Shown: one piece after another, positions 62,649-64,000 of the stretch
How positions within the stretch are numbered: the first letter of the stretch is position 1
Layout: every line of letters starts with the position of its first letter
Assembly: GCA_024679065.1 (NCBI GenBank)
Contig: JAGIQG010000016.1
Span: forward strand, 40,424,001-40,488,000
Source: Sphyrna mokarran
Lineage: Eukaryota
Reading direction: 5' to 3'
Length of the DNA stretch: 64,000 nt
Made by a program: the position numbers and the translations under genes
Notes under the pieces: generated by a model
Database searches by the model: none
What the model saw: only the letters and a program-made list of their open reading frames with translations
What the model was told of the DNA's origin: nothing

Positions 62649-62662
62649 CTGCCATCTGCTGG
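62649..62662 (-). promoter_or_regulatory. Candidate CTCF site
   Basis: Minus strand CCAGCAGATGGCAG fits consensus CCASYAGRKGGCRS exactly, in apparently non-repeat sequence. Confidence 0.45.
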
Positions 62663-63179
62663 TGGCATTTTAATCACTCAACATTTATTTGAGAATATGT
62701 AGTCTGGTTCACAATTCTTCAGATACTGATTATAGCAACAATTTTTGTCATTTGATTTTCTTCCAGTAAAACTAAGTTGGTTTGATCCTTCATTTGGAGA
62801 ATGACATTAATATATTCAGTGTTATCTTGGAGAACGAGTTGCAATTGAAGACTGTGGATGCAGCACCAATATTTTGAACTGACTTTTGGGACTAATATGA
62901 AATGAAGTGAAATATATTCAAACTAAAGGCTGACTACATAGTATTGTTTGTTAAAGAATATTAATTTTGTAAACTTTTCTGTTATACAGTATGATGTAGG
63001 AATAGAGGCCAATTGTCCGCATGTTTTGTGAAATGTTTATAGTTGAGGTTGCTTAGCCCATTTTTGTTCAAATTGAATAACCTATACAACAGAATTTGAT
63101 CTTTGTCTAGCCAATATTAGTTCTCTTTTGTCACTTCCTCCCCCTTTATGAACAGTTGAAACATAGTTTCATATTTCTG

Positions 63180-63765
63180 AGAAAGAGTAGGCCATTTGGC
63201 CCTTCAAGCTTGCTCTGCCATTCAACATGATTATGGGTATTCCTCAAACTCAATGTCATTTTCCTGTTTTTTCTCCATTTCCTTTGATACTATTAAATTC
63301 TAAAGTTATTTATCACTTTCTTGAATACATTCAGTGACTTAGCTGCCACCACCTCCTGTAATAGAGAATTCCACAGGTTCCTTAACCTTTTTGAGTAAAG
63401 AAATCTTTCTACATCTCCATCTTAAATGGTCTATCCCATATCCTGAGACTGTGTACCCTTTGGTCTAGATCCCGCAGTCAGACAAAACATCCTCCCTGCA
63501 ACTAGTCTATTCAGTTCTGTTACAATTTTGTGTTGATCAGATCTTCTCTCATCCTCCTTAACTCTAGTGAATATAGGCCCAGTCAAAATAATTTCTCCTT
63601 ATAGAACAATCACACCAACCCTGGTATCAGCCTAGTGAACCTCTGCTGCATTTGCTGTATGGCAAATATATCCTTATTTCAGTAGAGACCCCAAAACTGC
63701 ATGCAATATTCCAGGTGTGGTTTCACTAGGACCTTGTATAGCTGCAGGAAAACATTTCTACTTCC
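63180..63765 (-). mobile_element. CR1 3' portion, same subfamily as 60960-62070
   Basis: GAGTAGGCCATTTGGCCCTTCAAGCTTGCTC...CAATATTCCAGGTGTGG. Confidence 0.85.
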
Positions 63766-64000
63766 GCTTCCCACTTAATAGATGTTGCTGGGCCAATCCT
63801 TCCAGGATGGTCTAGTGAAGTCCTTCTGCCACCTCCACTGGATACTCTTCTTCTCATTTATCATGAAAACATTACATTTGTTTCTCTCTCCACAGATGCT
63901 GTCAAATCTGCAGAGAATTTCCTGCATTTCTTAAGCCTAACTCCATGTGTGGACTCCAAATGTTTTTCCCAGTTTATTCCATAATAATAGTGAATGATGG

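Noticed and set aside
46000-64000. Exons of a neighbouring gene (for example PTGIS) downstream of B4GALT5
   Set aside because: No recognisable host peptide; acceptor-like sites such as the one near 49277 run into stops, and ORFs are TE-derived or random. Short exons could have been missed.
1-64000. CRISPR arrays, operons, rRNA or tRNA genes
   Set aside because: Vertebrate intron-exon DNA with no regularly spaced repeat-spacer array; tRNA-like boxes belong to SINE heads.

Overview
Eukaryotic, AT-rich, repeat-saturated vertebrate DNA. The repeat content (HE1/V-SINE-like SINEs, Deu-domain SINE relics, CR1, RTE, L2 and Penelope elements) points to a cartilaginous fish (shark); this is inferred, not proven. 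The only host gene I can support is B4GALT5 (beta-1,4-galactosyltransferase 5, lactosylceramide synthase) on the + strand. Coding exons 2-9 span 10655-43111 with GT-AG introns and 1052 coding nt in one open frame; exon 1 lies upstream of the window. A ~2.8 kb 3'UTR ends near AATAAA at 45934. The region 46-64 kb is intergenic and consists of nested transposons. Most interesting observations: (1) a 3'UTR site pairing miR-148a at the seed and again perfectly at nt 13-21 across a central bulge, the architecture of a target-directed miRNA degradation trigger; (2) a U2-snRNA-headed composite retroelement with a Penelope/hammerhead-derived hairpin tail and a candidate target-site duplication in intron 8; (3) two copies of a CR1 family whose 3'UTR contains a captured V-SINE; (4) a near-intact minimal hammerhead ribozyme at a Penelope terminus. 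Repeat boundaries are approximate (by eye). Family names and reference sequences are recalled from memory, not from database searches.
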